DNA of 64,000 nt from Podarcis erhardii (taxonomy: Eukaryota), in assembly GCA_964252035.1 (NCBI GenBank), contig OZ176202.1; one strand, written 5' to 3'. A program made the position numbers and the translations under genes. The notes under the pieces were generated by a model, which did not search any database, had not been told where the DNA came from, and saw nothing but the letters and a program-made list of their open reading frames with translations. This document shows positions 23,466-36,022 of the stretch, in pieces (within the stretch, counting starts at the first letter, position 1; the number at the start of each line of letters is the position of its first letter).

Positions 23466-25648
23466 TTTAACTAAGTACAATGCACTCTACCTTGGCTGTA
23501 AACTCTTAATAAGAATAACTGTTTCTTTTGAACTGATACCGATGCTGTGTTAAATTACAGATTCAGATACTACTCCCTCTTGGCTTTTTGTTGTATTAAT
23601 GAGTCCTGAAGTGTTCAATTATTGTATATATTATTAGTGCCATTTTAAAAATTATTTGTAATGGACTTACAACAGAAAGTTCATATGCCCATATGTCAAC
23701 ATTTTGTAGAATTCAAATGAAACAGTAAAACAGCCTCACCAATAGTTTTGCACAGAGATTTTGCTTTCTTTGCCCTAGACTAGAGAATGAGACAGAAATG
23801 TATAGAAAAGAAAATATGAGATCATTTTACTGGAATTTATTTCTATTGGTGAAAGACAGTCTGAGTGCTTGGCTGGTAACTATAATTTGAAAGCATGCTG
23901 AAGCTGATCCAGTTAAAATCTGCAGTCCTGCACATGCTTGGGTTGCATAAATCAATAGAAGTCAGTGGAATTCAAACTGGCTTGTTTGGGTGCAGGATTA
24001 CAGCCAAGGGAATAAATGTTCCCATTTTGTGACTCTCTTGGAGCAGGAATAAATTAACAGTGATGAACCAAAATTATAGCTGTTATTCTCTGTTAATTGC
24101 CTCTGTGACCAATCAATCCATGGTAATTCCTTCAAAGACAACACAAACTTATGACATAAGTGGAACAATATTTCAACAGGGAACTTCAGAAACTAGTGCT
24201 GTCAGTCCGTTAGACGTTGTTGTTGACTGAATTGGATGTGGGATCTTCTGCATACAAAGCATGCAACCCCTCAATCTGCTTTGGAGGGTCTCTCAATTAT
24301 ATGGAACAGATTTTGAATTAGTGGGGGCTACAGAGGAGAGGAGTGGGAAGTTCATTTGCACAAGTGGAACAGATCAGCATTGGGTACAACCCGTAAGAAC
24401 ATGTGCACAGTCTGCTTGTTTCTCATTTCATTTCTTTAATGGCCTCCAACCTATGCTGGCACATGAGGAAGGGCAGGAAGTGGCCTTTAGACATAAGATA
24501 GTGAATTAAGAGCAGCGGCATGCTTGCAACAGGGTTCTTGTAAAATATGCAACCACTTCCCTATTTGCTGGCATAACTCGGTCTGAAAAATCAGGCAGTC
24601 ATTGTGAGAAAATATTTTTTATCAACAATTTTGTTGATTGTGCCAGAGAGTTACTTTATACAGTGTTAATAATTGATCTATTGCAGAATTATTATCTTTG
24701 TAAGTAGCTGTAAAAGCATACTGAGATTAATGCCCTGTGCTTTTATATATATATATATAGAGAGAGAGAGGTCTGTGCAATTCATCATTTGTTACATGTG
24801 ATTGATGACAGAAGGATTGCTTGCTCTTAGTTGAATGTCCACCGTTTTATAAGCAGAAAGATTATTCTTATTAATACTATGATTTACATAGTTGGTACTT
24901 AGTTATACAGTTTGGGTGATAGCCAATGAAGTCATACTCTGAGTAGACCCATTAAAATCAACAAATCTAAGCCTGTTTATTTCAACAGCCCTATGTGTCC
25001 CTCCCCCCCCCCCTTATGTAGGAGTTACGTTCCTGCACACAAATGAAATTGTGTAATGACAGGGCGTTTTCAGAGGTGTTTCCCTGTTTGTGGGATACCC
25101 TTCCTAGTGAGGTGCATCTTTTTCTGTCAGTGTTAGCTTTCAGGAGGAATTTGAAAACATTCTTGTTTACTCAGGCATTTTGCAGGTGAAGAATACTGTT
25201 TTTGGCAACCCGGAGATCGTTGAATGAAATAATGATTTTAATTGCAACTATTTTAGAATGATTTCCCTGTTTTAGAATCCTTTTTTAAAATTGCAGGCGT
25301 GTTTGCCACCCTGGGCTCCTTTGGGAGGAAGGGTGGAATGTAAATTCAATGAATCAATTAAATTTTAAAAATATTGTTGTGCTGCTTGTATTACTGAACT
25401 TTTCAGCTGTAATTTAAGTTTCTACCATCTGTTATTGTACATTGCTTGAATCAATACCAATAACTAAATGTAAAACTACATTTTTCTAAATGGTCACAGA
25501 ATCTTTTGAGCACTTTTAAGGGTTGGCGAAATTGAAGTATATTGACAACAATAAATGACAGCAAATTGTGACAAAGAACTGGTTTGTGAATAGAATTTTA
25601 TTGCTAGCAAATGACCTTGATGGGTTTTCCCCCCCTCTTGCTTCACAG

Positions 25649-25718
25649 GTAGATATGAAACTGCTGGGGCAAAGCTCTTGGACTCTTATCAAGCACTACT
25701 AAGGTAAGGACAAGAAGG
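25649..25718 (+). CDS. SYTL3: SYTL3 coding exon 4, (G)RYETAGAKLLDSYQALLKVRTR(S), using the in-frame donor at 25718
   Basis: ttcacag acceptor. The donor AAG|GTAAGG at 25704 is out of frame with the next exon; AAG|GTGAGC at 25718 is in frame. The 3' boundary is uncertain. Confidence 0.8.
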
Positions 25719-25912
25719 TGAGCTTGTCCTAGAGGTGGATGCAGTACAAGGAGTGTATTGTGCAGTACAAAATAATCTGCCCCCTGAAGCTACCTGCAGA
25801 TGCCAAGGTTTAATTTTAAAAGCTTGCAATAGAACAAGCAGAAATCTGAAACTTATTTTGGTGTTTTTGCTGTGCTTTTAAAACAAGTTAGCATAGAACA
25901 AAACCTAGTAGG

Positions 25913-26115
25913 GCCCGAGTATTGTAGTGGTTATTGTATTGGATTAGGACCTGGTAAACCAAGGTTCAAATTCCCATTCAGCCATGAATCTCACTGTGTG
26001 ACCTTAGGGCAGTCACAGTCTCTCAACCTAGCCTACCTCACAGGGTTGTTGTGAAGATAAAATGGGGAGTGGAAGGACCATGAATGTCTTCTTGGAAGAA
26101 AAGTGGGGTATAAAA
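25913..26115 (+). mobile_element. Older Squam3/MIR-like tRNA-derived SINE
   Basis: GTATTGTAGTGGTT..GGTTCAAATTCCC..GTGACCTTAGGGCAGTCAC..CCTACCTCACAGGGTTGTTGTGAAGATAAAATGG. Confidence 0.7.
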
Positions 26116-27559
26116 GTAATAATAGAATAAAAGCAAGGCTGTCACCAAAAATGAGTTGGTCTCTAAAGTGCTACTGGAAGGAATTTTTTATTTTATTTTA
26201 TTCCCATGTCAAGTTACCTACCTGCTGCCTGTAATGTCTCGTACAACTTATCCCATGCCTTGTTGTCATTACTTGGTATGTTTCCCTGCCACTCTCATTA
26301 GTAGGCAATTATGCGGCAGAATCACTTGATTCTGTTAGGTCATATAAGGCAAGTTGCACTAGATGTTATGGAGGAAGGGGAGGGACCTTAGCGCAGGGCT
26401 GCCATTTTTGGTGGTAGCCCCCATGTTTTTCTTAGCATGTAGTTGCACCCTTCAGACCAGTCAGCTTGTGCTCCATTTGGGTGTATGTTCATCAAAGTCC
26501 CACTGTACAAGCAAGCCAAGTACTGTCATGGAGGCTGTGATATTTATTGAGATGCTAGTGAAGCAGCAGTCAGTTTTTCGATAGGTAGCAAAGGATCTCT
26601 TGCAGCATCTCAGAAGATATGTGACGGAAGGCCCAGATCATGAGCAGTCGCTGACAATTCAAAACTTGTGTGCAACACTGCAAAGATTATGGGAGGCATC
26701 TATTGGATCACACATCAGTGGTTTGGGACAGCAAAATGTCCTGATTACATTCTCATCGCTTTCTATGATTTCTTTCAGGGGTCTCAGAGTGAGAGTTTTG
26801 TTCAGTGGGACAGGCAAGCCTGTTATATGGGCTCACTTTAGCTACAGTGGTGTAGTCAATCCTGTATCTAATATAGCAGGCCTGTCCAGCCAGTTGATAA
26901 CGATCTACCAGTCGATCGCGGGCCGTCCCTGGTCGATCCTTGTTGATCTCCAGTGATTGACCAAAAAAACCCCAACTCAACAACTCTGATCTCGCTCCCT
27001 AAATCCTGGGGGAAACCAGCATGGAATTATGCCAGCTTTCCTTTGATCCTAGTAGGCTTGTGACAAAATTACAGCCATGCCCATCCAAAGCTCTGCCTCC
27101 CTCAATATTGCAGTACAGCCAGATACCGCTATGTGGCACTGTAGTATGGCTTCTTGGGGTGATCACATGGGGAACTGCAGTGCTCACAGTATGGTGGAGC
27201 AGGGATTCTCACCCCTACCTACGCTGCTAGACCGCTAGCTGTGACCTCACACATTAGTATGGTGGCCCTTAACCCTGAGACAGATTAAGTGGTTTGTTAA
27301 TTTTCAGTAAAATCTTGCTCAATGCCTTGCTCTGCTGAAAGAGTAAAGGTTAAAAGTAAATACCAAGACTTTCAGGAATGTGACAGACAAGCAGCAAATA
27401 TGTTGTAGAGGGAATGCTTATTGAATGTTTAAGTTAAGCATTAAGGCTGAAAAGTCACTTCTCAGCAAAATGCTTAACTCGGCCCTTAGTTGATGGTAAA
27501 TATCACAGGATCTGCCTTAGTTCTCCTGAAGAAATATTTGGTAGATTCCCTTTCCCACT

Positions 27560-29000
27560 ATTTTAAAAAGATTTCATGATACAATATAAAGCAAAACGTT
27601 TTTTATTATTCAATATAATACAAAATAATCAAAAGAGTAATCAGTATTACAATTAGTAATAACAGAATAACAGAAGAATAAAGTGGCTTAAATGTTTATT
27701 TGCACTATTTTTTTTTCTTATATAGTAAAATAAAATTCTTACTTACATTTTAGTACACTCTTGTACAATATCAACATTTTCTACAGCAACATATAATTTA
27801 TCTGACTTCCCAATATCCTTGATTTTCTTGTAAAGTAACAAGACATTGGATTCTATCTGTATAATATTTCATGGTATTTTTCCTTATTTTTCAATGTTGT
27901 TAACCTCAGAATGTTAGTTGTTCCCACAACTTCCTAATAAAATTTGCTTTGCTCAGTTTTGGGGTATTTTTCCATAACTTAGCCTAAAGAATTCTTTCCA
28001 ATGTCAAAATATACAGAACCTGCATCCAATACTGTGATGGTATACTTCATTTCACAGTCAATAGATGCAGCAGATTATCTAACGGATCTTAGACACTGAG
28101 AGCCAGTGTGGTGTAGTGGTTAAGAGTGGTGGACTCGTAATCTGGGGAACCGGGTTCGCGTCTCCGCTCCTCCGCATGCAGCTGCTGGGTGACCTTGGGC
28201 CAGTCACACTTCTCTGAAGTCTCTCAGCCCCACTCACTTCACAGAGTGTTTGTTGTGGGGGAGGAAGGGAAAGGAGAATGTTAGCTGCTTTGAGACTCTT
28301 TAGGGTAGTGATAAAGCGGGATATCAAATCCAAACTCTTCTTCTTATCTGTTTTGGAGGTTAAACTGAGAGGGATTTGTGGTATGACAAGTTTTGTCACC
28401 TCCGATATGAAATTCATTTTCTAGGAATGTCTGCCATTCCCCTGGTTATTTTCCTTTCATATTTAATCTCTACAATTATTTATTACCATGGTTTTTATTA
28501 TTATATTAAATGATCAACACAATAAAGGGAATGATAAAAAATAGTGTGCTTACAAATTCGAGTTACTGTCCTTTCATATTCCACCTAATTTATAAATAAA
28601 TATATTCCAGCATTATTAAATATAAACCATAAACCATATAAGTATAAATTTAAATGCCAATAAGTATTGTTTAAACATTGTTAAAGAAATACTACTGTTA
28701 CCTACTATAAAGCATCCAATTACTTCTAACATAATCTGCTTTCTGTTTTATACACGTAAACAATTGATTAATTTTGCAGCCATCTCTGTTCCCTAAAATA
28801 AACTTATTTACCCTTTACATTAAATATAACATTGTTGGTCTCTAATGTCTAGTGCTGTTCTGCTTTGATTGATTTTTGTGATTATTTTATGCTATTATAT
28901 TTTTATTGATTTTTTGGGGTGATTGATCTCTTTGAAATGGTGGTTGATGGGTTTTAAAATGGAGTATAGGAGATATAGCGAATACAGTATGTCAGAAATG
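27560..29000 (-). mobile_element. AT-rich, heavily degraded LINE (L1-like) remnant interrupted by a SINE
   Basis: Very AT-rich block with weak resemblance to L1 ORF2 C-terminal and 3' sequence on the minus strand. No clean ORF. Confidence 0.3.
28098..28345 (+). mobile_element. Full-length Squam3-type tRNA-derived SINE
   Basis: GAGAGCCAGTGTGGTGTAGTGGTTAAGAG A-box, GGTTCGCGTCTCC B-box region and (CTT)n tail. Confidence 0.88.
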
Positions 29001-29045
29001 AACTTACATCTTTATGGTAAAATTCTGTTCTCCTTAAATTCTCAG

Positions 29046-29112
29046 TAACATATCAGTGGTTCCTCCAACTCCCCCTCCATTTGCTGAATCCACAAGTGAA
29101 CATAATACAGTG
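29046..29112 (+). CDS. SYTL3: SYTL3 coding exon 5, NISVVPPTPPPFAESTSEHNTV
   Basis: ttctcag acceptor (phase 2), GTG|gtaatg donor. ISVVPPTPPP motif conserved. Confidence 0.93.
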
Positions 29113-29849
29113 GTAATGTATACTTCTATCTTTCAGTTCAATGTAGCACCACATCTTTTAGCACAATTATTCCCTTTTAGCACATTTTCTTTTAATTTTT
29201 GTTTTCCTGACAGACTTGTGCCTTTGAGTGCATTTTATGTTTTTCAGAGTGCAGTCCTAAATGCACTTACCTAGCAGTAAGCGCCACTGAACTCATTTGT
29301 TAGTTTTCTAGATAAATATGAATGTTTTTGAAATAGGGATGATTGAAGAAGGTTGACTTGGTCCTATTGTACACCAGTGGCAAGGAGCAGAAGACTGACT
29401 GAAAGGCTGCAATCCTATATTGTCTCACTTGGACGTAAACACCATTGAATTCAGTGGGACTTGTTTTTTAATGGGCATGTACAGGATTGCAATACAGATT
29501 ACTTTTGTTTCTTTATAAGCCACCAGGATGCGTCTTGCACCAGATTGCATACCTTTCGGCAACTGGTAAAGATACACTTCTTTACTCAGGCATTTGGGTG
29601 GGTGCATTGTTTTCCCCCTCCTGCTATATTGTTGTTTTTGCCATTCAGGGGATTTTGTCAATTTTTGTGGTCCTTTAACTTACTGATTTTAACGAAAGTT
29701 GTATATTGTTTTAAAATGTGGTATCTTAGGTAATTTGCCATGGGACCATTCAGTGAAGGGCAGGCTATATGTACAAATAAGTAAATATATCAATAAATTA
29801 CTGCCCCAGCAATCAGAGTAGAAGTCCAATCAGTGTCAAATAATCTCTG

Positions 29850-29977
29850 CAGGGTTTCCCATACTTGGGTCTCCAACTGTTTTTGGACTACAATTCCCAT
29901 CATACCCGAGCAACTAGCTAGGGATGATGGGACTTGTAGTCCAACAACAGCTGAAGACCCAAGTATGGGAAACCCTG
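29850..29977. mobile_element. Palindromic hAT-type MITE, same family as 56683-56819
   Basis: CAGGGTTTCCCATACTTGGGTCT / AGACCCAAGTATGGGAAACCCTG arms. TSD not recognisable. Confidence 0.82.
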
Positions 29978-30489
29978 CCTCACCCTGGTGCACCACCAAA
30001 AGTTGGGGCCAAACTACATATGACATGGATCATGTAGCTCTTTCCTTAAGTGCAAGGAAATGTGTGGTGGTGGTCTTTTTTTTACAAGGCATTGTGGGGT
30101 CACTGGGTGTGACATCCTTCTGCTGCAGGCCTAATCTGGATAGAGCCCTCCACATCTGCAATTTGCATTGTTAAAAAAAAGGTTCAGTTGAAACAAAGCC
30201 TGCCTGCGCTGGCTATATGTCAAAAAGCCAAAAACACTGTGGCCTTAAAGGGCAGAGCTACATGATTCATGTCACATGTAGTTTTGTCCCTGGCTTTTGC
30301 AACCAATGTTTGTCATGGGATTACTCCCCCAAATTCCTAAGAAGTTTCATGGGTGTTCACTTCTAAGGCTCCAACTATGTTTGCTAGGCAATGTGGAATA
30401 TGTGTGTACCTTGATCCACAAGCCCAAAACAGATATTTCTGTATAAATGCAAAAATGAATTACACATGTTATTATCAAAATCCAGATGC

Positions 30490-30668
30490 AAGAACATAGG
30501 AAGCTGCTTTATACTGAGTCCATCTAGCTCAGTATTGTCTGCACTGACTGACAGTGACTCTTTAGGGTTTCAGACAGGGAACATTCCCAGCCCTACCTGG
30601 AGGTGCTGGCGACTGAATCTTGGACCTTCTGTGTGCAAAGCAGATGATCTACCACAGAGCTGCAGCTC
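30490..30668 (-). mobile_element. Squam2-like SINE (tRNA head, CR1-like tail)
   Basis: AAGAACATAGGAAGCTGC..CCATCTAGCTCAGTATTGTC..CCCAGCCCTACCTGGAG..GGACCTTCTG..GCAAAGCAGATG. Confidence 0.8.
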
Positions 30669-30969
30669 TTCACCTAAATATGTTCCATTTGATAAGCTAC
30701 TTGCTTTTATTTGTAACATCATTACAGCATATTTGTGCTGTGGTAGATAGAAAAGGATTGAATTGACCTGTGTGTCCTTTTTGCAAACACATACAGCTCA
30801 AGTCATGCCAAAACATTTCCCTTAATTGCTTGGCTACGGATATGATAGCTCTGTTTGCACACATGCACTTTTTTTTGTAGGTTTCTAAGAGCATGTGACT
30901 CGAGAAGCCTTGAAAACACAACTCCTTCTTTTACCACTTTTATCTTTTTATTTTCACCCTGTATTGCAG

Positions 30970-31042
30970 GAACTTGACCAGACTAAAAGTTTCCACAGGT
31001 CTATGGAAAATCTGTTTCTGACATTTACATCACATATAAAAA
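30970..31042 (+). CDS. SYTL3: SYTL3 coding exon 6, ELDQTKSFHRSMENLFLTFTSHIK(K)
   Basis: attgcag acceptor, A|gtaagt donor, 73 nt, S(M/V)ENLFL motif. Confidence 0.94.
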
Positions 31043-32026
31043 GTAAGTGTTCTTAAGGACTTTGCTATTCTAAAGCAAGCAGCAGAATGTTTCAGCTTGA
31101 GAGGATGGGTCAGGCCATTTAATGGAAAGCAGAGGGGAGAATTCAACCTCTTCTAAGTAGAGGAGTTGGTGGTTTTTTCTCCAGGGTCCACGAAGGGAAG
31201 CAGCTCCTCGTGTCAAAATTTTGAAAATAACAGGCACACTTGCTTCTGATTCCAGTACTACTTTTTAGTCTTACATTGTGGTCCTCCCACATTGTGTTTG
31301 GAACATGCGGGCTATTTTTTAATTGCTTAAGGTGCAGCTTGTTTACTTATGCTCTGAAGTATTCATTCAGCATCTTAATTTTAGTGAAAATAACAATGAG
31401 GTTTTCAAAAGTTGAAAACTGTTCCAGGGAACATTATTTGGTGACAGCATGGACACCATTCAATTGCTACTGTATATAGCCAGCTTCTGCTGCAAGCTGG
31501 CAAAAGTGATTTACTTGAGTTCAGTCCTCAAGAATAGATTGCACATCTGACCCAAATACTCAGTTGATTTCAACTTCACTAGTAGAGCTAGTGAAGTGGT
31601 AAGCCTGTACCTTAAGTGTACGACATAATGTTGCAAGTTGGAGGCTGACATGATTGAATTCCTCTCCATAATTGAACCTTCCCCCCCCCCAAAAAAAATG
31701 TATGCAGAAAGCTAAATACTGGGGAAATGGGTTCTTTCCTAGATTTCTTCCTGGCTAGTAACATGATGGCTGCATGGAATTTCAGATTCTTAAACCATGC
31801 ATGTGAACTTACAAGAGGCTTGTGGCCAGCAGGATACTACATTAGATGGGCCTGTGATTTGATCCAGCAGAGTTCTTTTGGTCCTGAAATGACATTTTTC
31901 TATGTATGTATGTGTACCCACCCACCCACTGGAGGAGCATTCAATCACGATGTGAGAACTGGGCCTTAGTTGTGCCTAGTTATTGTTAGATTGAATACCA
32001 AGGCCTCCACGGTTTTGGCTTAGTTT

Positions 32027-32282
32027 TAACAGTTTGAAAGCATACCAGCGCAAGTAGATAAATAGGTACCGCTGTGTCAGGAAGGTAAACAGTGTTTCCG
32101 TGCACTCTGGTTTCTGTCATGGTGTCCCATTGTGTCAGAAGCGGTTTAGTCATGTTGGCCACATGACCTGGAAAAGCTGTCTGCAGACAAACACTGGCTC
32201 CCTCGGCATGAAAGCGGAGATGAGTGCCACACCCCATAGTCAAATTTGACTGGACTTAACAGTTTACCTTTACCTTACCTTG
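32027..32282 (+). mobile_element. 5'-truncated, divergent Sauria SINE
   Basis: GCAAGTAGATAAATAGGTACCGC core and TTTACCTTTACCTTACC tail. Internal sequence differs from the copy at 13409. Confidence 0.85.
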
Positions 32283-32609
32283 CCTTTTGTACCTGGAAAG
32301 CTTTGTCCCACTTCATTTTCAGAAAAAATAAATAAATGAACTTGTGCATATCCAGGAATAGGTGTGCAGGTACTGTACAACACACACACGTTTGCATAAA
32401 CCAAGAGGACCAGCTAGAACTCAGCCAACCCTTTCTGTTGCTGCATCTCTCACATGATAATGAAAAATTTATAATGGAGAACAAGTTGTTTTTCTTGGTG
32501 TGGGGTTTTGGGGTTTCTTTTTTATTTATTGGTCAAGTAATCCAAGATAAACTTCTGGGGAACCCCAGGCTCTGTGGAACACAGCTTGAAAACCACTATG
32601 TAATGTGAC

Positions 32610-32752
32610 CAGTGCTTTTTTCTGGGGGGACACGGGGGTATGCATACCCCTAAACATTTTGTGAATCTAGGTTTGGCCTCATTGAGGGGCAGTATTTCAA
32701 TATGAGTAGGAAAATGAGAGTATCCCTAAACATTTTTTTTAGAAAAACACTG
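32610..32752. mobile_element. hAT-type MITE with perfect 8-bp TSD AATGTGAC
   Basis: TIRs CAGTGCTTTTTTCT / AGAAAAACACTG. TSD copies at 32602-32609 and 32753-32760. Confidence 0.9.
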
Positions 32753-33054
32753 AATGTGACCCATATGTATAACTACCCTATGTGTAACTTGAAAACTTAC
32801 AGTAGGTACTACTGCAGTGTAATGACAGTTAGCATTATTCCTGTTTTCAGTACTCCAGACTTGTTGTGCATCAAAGTTGTCAGTAACAGAGAACCCCTTT
32901 CTTGGAAGGACTGTGTTCCACTGAAATGGGACTAACTTCTAGCTGTGTTGTGTTCAAAGCTGAGGTGACCTAATGTGATGTGTTCCAGCCAGTTTCTTCA
33001 AACGTAAATTCCAATGCTGTCCTGTAAATTAAGATTGCATATATGCCTCTCTAA

Positions 33055-33238
33055 GACTGCATATATCCTGTATCTTAGCACATTCAAAGCCCATTTTTCT
33101 TCTCAAAGAATTCTGGACACTGTAGACTCACAGAATTACAATTCCCAGCAACCTTTAACAAACTACAGTGTCCAAAATTCTTTGAGGGGGGGGAAATGTG
33201 CCTTGAATGTGCTTGAAAGGTATTGCGCATACACAGCC
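33055..33238. mobile_element. Long-armed palindromic MITE
   Basis: AGCACATTCAAAGCCCATT..CTCAAAGAATTCTGGACACTGTAG pairs with CTACAGTGTCCAAAATTCTTTGAG..AATGTGCCTTGAATGTGCT. Confidence 0.75.
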
Positions 33239-34150
33239 TAAGAGCATGTCTGGAACAAGACTTCCCCTCCCTGCATTTGACATTTTTATTCATTGTTATA
33301 ACAAATACAGGAGCTTGCTGTAGAAAACAGATTGTTGGACATAATACACTTTCTGCTCTTACACTCATTGGTTCAGTTCTGTAATCAATTCTGCATTTTG
33401 TACTTCAGTATGTTTAAGCTCTTTTCCAGTATCACCCATGTTGGAAATGTCAACAGAGCATCAAACAATATCTGACCTTGTGTTTTTGTGGAGAGGCTCT
33501 AAACAGAAGCTTTTATATGCTGCTCCACCAGCAGCTGCCCCTCAGCTTCAACCCACCTTATGGGCACAGACAGTGAATAATAACTAAACAGACATGATCT
33601 GAGATGATCAGATTTGATTTAACTGTTTGTGTGTCTCATGGGCCATTTACTGCAAGCAATGGGTAAACAAATATTGATTGTTATAAAGGGTAATGATGGA
33701 ATGGTTTCATAAGTCAGACATGACTCAGAATTTCCTTTCTTTTGTGGACTTAAAAGCGCTCAAGGCCCTGTCTTCCGGTATCAAAATGACATGTAGTCTC
33801 TGATATTCTTTGTGACAAGGACAGTATTACATACAATGAAATAATGTTATTCACCTATATGGGACTAATCCTAGGGGAAATATGGGTATTGTACATTCCC
33901 AGTTTATGGCAATACTTTGATTTCTTTATTAGTAGGTTTATATCAGGTCTTGAAAACCTGACCCATCCTTCACACCTCAATTTTGTGTGTTCATTGTATC
34001 ATAAATATCAGCCATGCTTTCAGTTATGAATCTAATATTATCTTTTGCATAGTACAAAGTAGTGTACAAGACCATAGATGAACTTCATAAACAAACTGAG
34101 TATGTTTGATGGGTTTTTTATTTTTTTAATTCTCCTTTTATTAATTCTAG

Positions 34151-34278
34151 AAATATCAAAGTCCCAGAATGATATGACAGCCGAGAAAGGGTTGCTAACA
34201 ACAGATTATGGGCAAGCAATGGATCCAAAGAAGGAGAGGAGAAGCCTGTCTGACACTGCCATTGATATTTCATCCAGG
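34151..34278 (+). CDS. SYTL3: SYTL3 coding exon 7, ISKSQNDMTAEKGLLTTDYGQAMDPKKERRSLSDTAIDISSR
   Basis: ttctag acceptor, AGG|gtattc donor, 128 nt. SKSQNDMT and ERRSxSDTA motifs. Confidence 0.94.
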
Positions 34279-34796
34279 GTATTCAGTTGGATATACATTC
34301 AGTATATTTTAAAGGCCTGTTTACAAGCAAATATACACACGGGGCTTAGCTTTCTGCACTTGAAAGTAAACTGTGCTAATTCTGCTCCCGGAAAACACAG
34401 AAGATTCTTTGAATGGAATAAAATACACATAGTTTCTCCTTTCTTGATTGTGATGATTTATAATAATGATTTATAATGATTTATAATTAGGAATTACTTG
34501 TTTTATTTCCCTTCCCACCGATCCCCCCAAGACTAGTGAATGTAAATCAGAAGAAGTGTCCATGTGAACTTCAAGTTGCCCTATGAACTTTAATGGGGTA
34601 ACCATGGTTGTAAATGAATATCCTTGCAAATCTGTGTTCCTCCATTGAAGTGCATGGGGAAATCCTTTGAAATGGGAGAATACACTGCATGAGTGCATGT
34701 CTTGTACCTGCTGCAATTTGCTGGAGTGGGCAGCTATTTTCAGAGAACAGTTAATTGAGGAAAGTAATAGAAACCCATTAGTACATCTCTCTACAG

Positions 34797-34934
34797 GTAA
34801 ATGATGCCCCAAGTCTTCAACGGCTCATAAGTGGAGATCAAGGTGTCAGTGGAGTTGCTGCCAAAAGGAAATCCAGTGAAGAGCTAATTCCATCCAGTGC
34901 CATAAGTGACCTATTTTCTTCAGGAAAACTAAGT
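34797..34934 (+). CDS. SYTL3: SYTL3 coding exon 8, VNDAPSLQRLISGDQGVSGVAAKRKSSEELIPSSAISDLFSSGKLS (variable linker)
   Basis: ctctctacag acceptor, AGT|gtaagt donor, 138 nt, open in phase 0/0. Weak similarity to the recalled human linker exon. Confidence 0.8.
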
Positions 34935-35084
34935 GTAAGTAGTGATCCTGTTTTCATCCTATGTTCACTACGGAAGGAAATATGCAAACAGCTTAAGGGA
35001 AAAGTAACTCTTAACCAAAAACTCTGTGACCAGAAAACTCAGTTAAGGGGGGAAATTATAGAAAAATAATTTAAGAAAGTTATA

Positions 35085-35086
35085 GA

Positions 35087-35122
<36 letters not shown>
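35085..35122. repeat. Compound (TC)n(AC)n microsatellite
   Basis: Directly visible. Confidence 0.9.
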
Positions 35123-35475
35123 TTCTTCCTTAACTCAGTTTTTTTGTCACTGTGTTAGATTGTAGAAGCTTAGCAATTCACTGCTTGTAATCTAACAGTG
35201 GAAAATTCACAGAGAAATGCAGTGATGTTCTATATTGGACAACATATTGCTTATCTTTGGGGAATTCCAGAAACACAAGGAATCTTATGATAAAGATGGC
35301 AGATGGGTGGAGTACAAATATAATAACAATAACAATAATAATAGTTGTTGTTATTAAAGAAATGAAGATGGTTGTAATATTTCAAGGCTCTTACATTATC
35401 ATGCACCACTGTTAACCCTATAGAGCAAGCAATTATGTTTTTTTTCATTGTATTAATTCATTTTCTTCATTACAG

Positions 35476-35654
35476 GGTAGTTTATTCAGCATTAACAGCA
35501 CTTGCACTGAGGCTGGCAACTTTGAGCAAGCTGATGTCAGCGGTGAGATAGAAGTTGCCATCAGATATCTCTTCAAATCTGGCATTTTAGAGGTATATAT
35601 CAGAGCCTGCAAGAACTTGGCTTATGGAGAGGAGAAAAAGAAAAAATGCAATCC
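35476..35654 (+). CDS. SYTL3: SYTL3 coding exon 9, start of C2A (GSLFSINST..GEIEVAIRY..ACKNLAYGEEKKKKCN(P))
   Basis: ttacag acceptor, CC|gtaagt donor, 179 nt. Confidence 0.97.
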
Positions 35655-36022
35655 GTAAGTTTGTCTAGGCTTATCTTTCCAAAGCCTGTGGCATGAAATT
35701 CTGATACAAGTAAAATTGGGGCTTGAAGCTTTGACTCCTGCAAACATCCCTCCCTCCTTCTTTGGAGTGGTTTTCAGTTTTCATATAAATGGCTACCAAA
35801 AAGATGAGGTGGGATGACTGATAACTAAAGCCTGTATGAAGGACAAGAGGCAAAGTGGATCATGCTTCAACCAAGAATATTTATGTTGGATGTTCACACT
35901 TAAAAATTGCATTGGACAATGGAACCAGACTGGGGAAATTGTTTGGTATAGACTTTTGTTGCTGTGTTATGGCCCTCTGTCAATTAAAAGAAAATAGGTA
36001 GATTATTTATATAGTTTACATA

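Noticed and set aside
24090-24135. CCAAT motif followed by ATG|GTAATT in SYTL3 intron 3, as an alternative first exon for an SHD-less isoform
   Set aside because: The donor is phase 0 and does not fit the next exon (phase 1). There is no independent support.
28098-28170. tRNA-like sequence as a tRNA gene
   Set aside because: It continues into a SINE body and (CTT)n tail with no complete cloverleaf. The same applies to 37448-37509 and the Squam2 heads.
34531-34796. Possible 5' extension of SYTL3 exon 8 from the upstream acceptor CCCCCCAAG
   Set aside because: In-frame stop codons occur before 34797.
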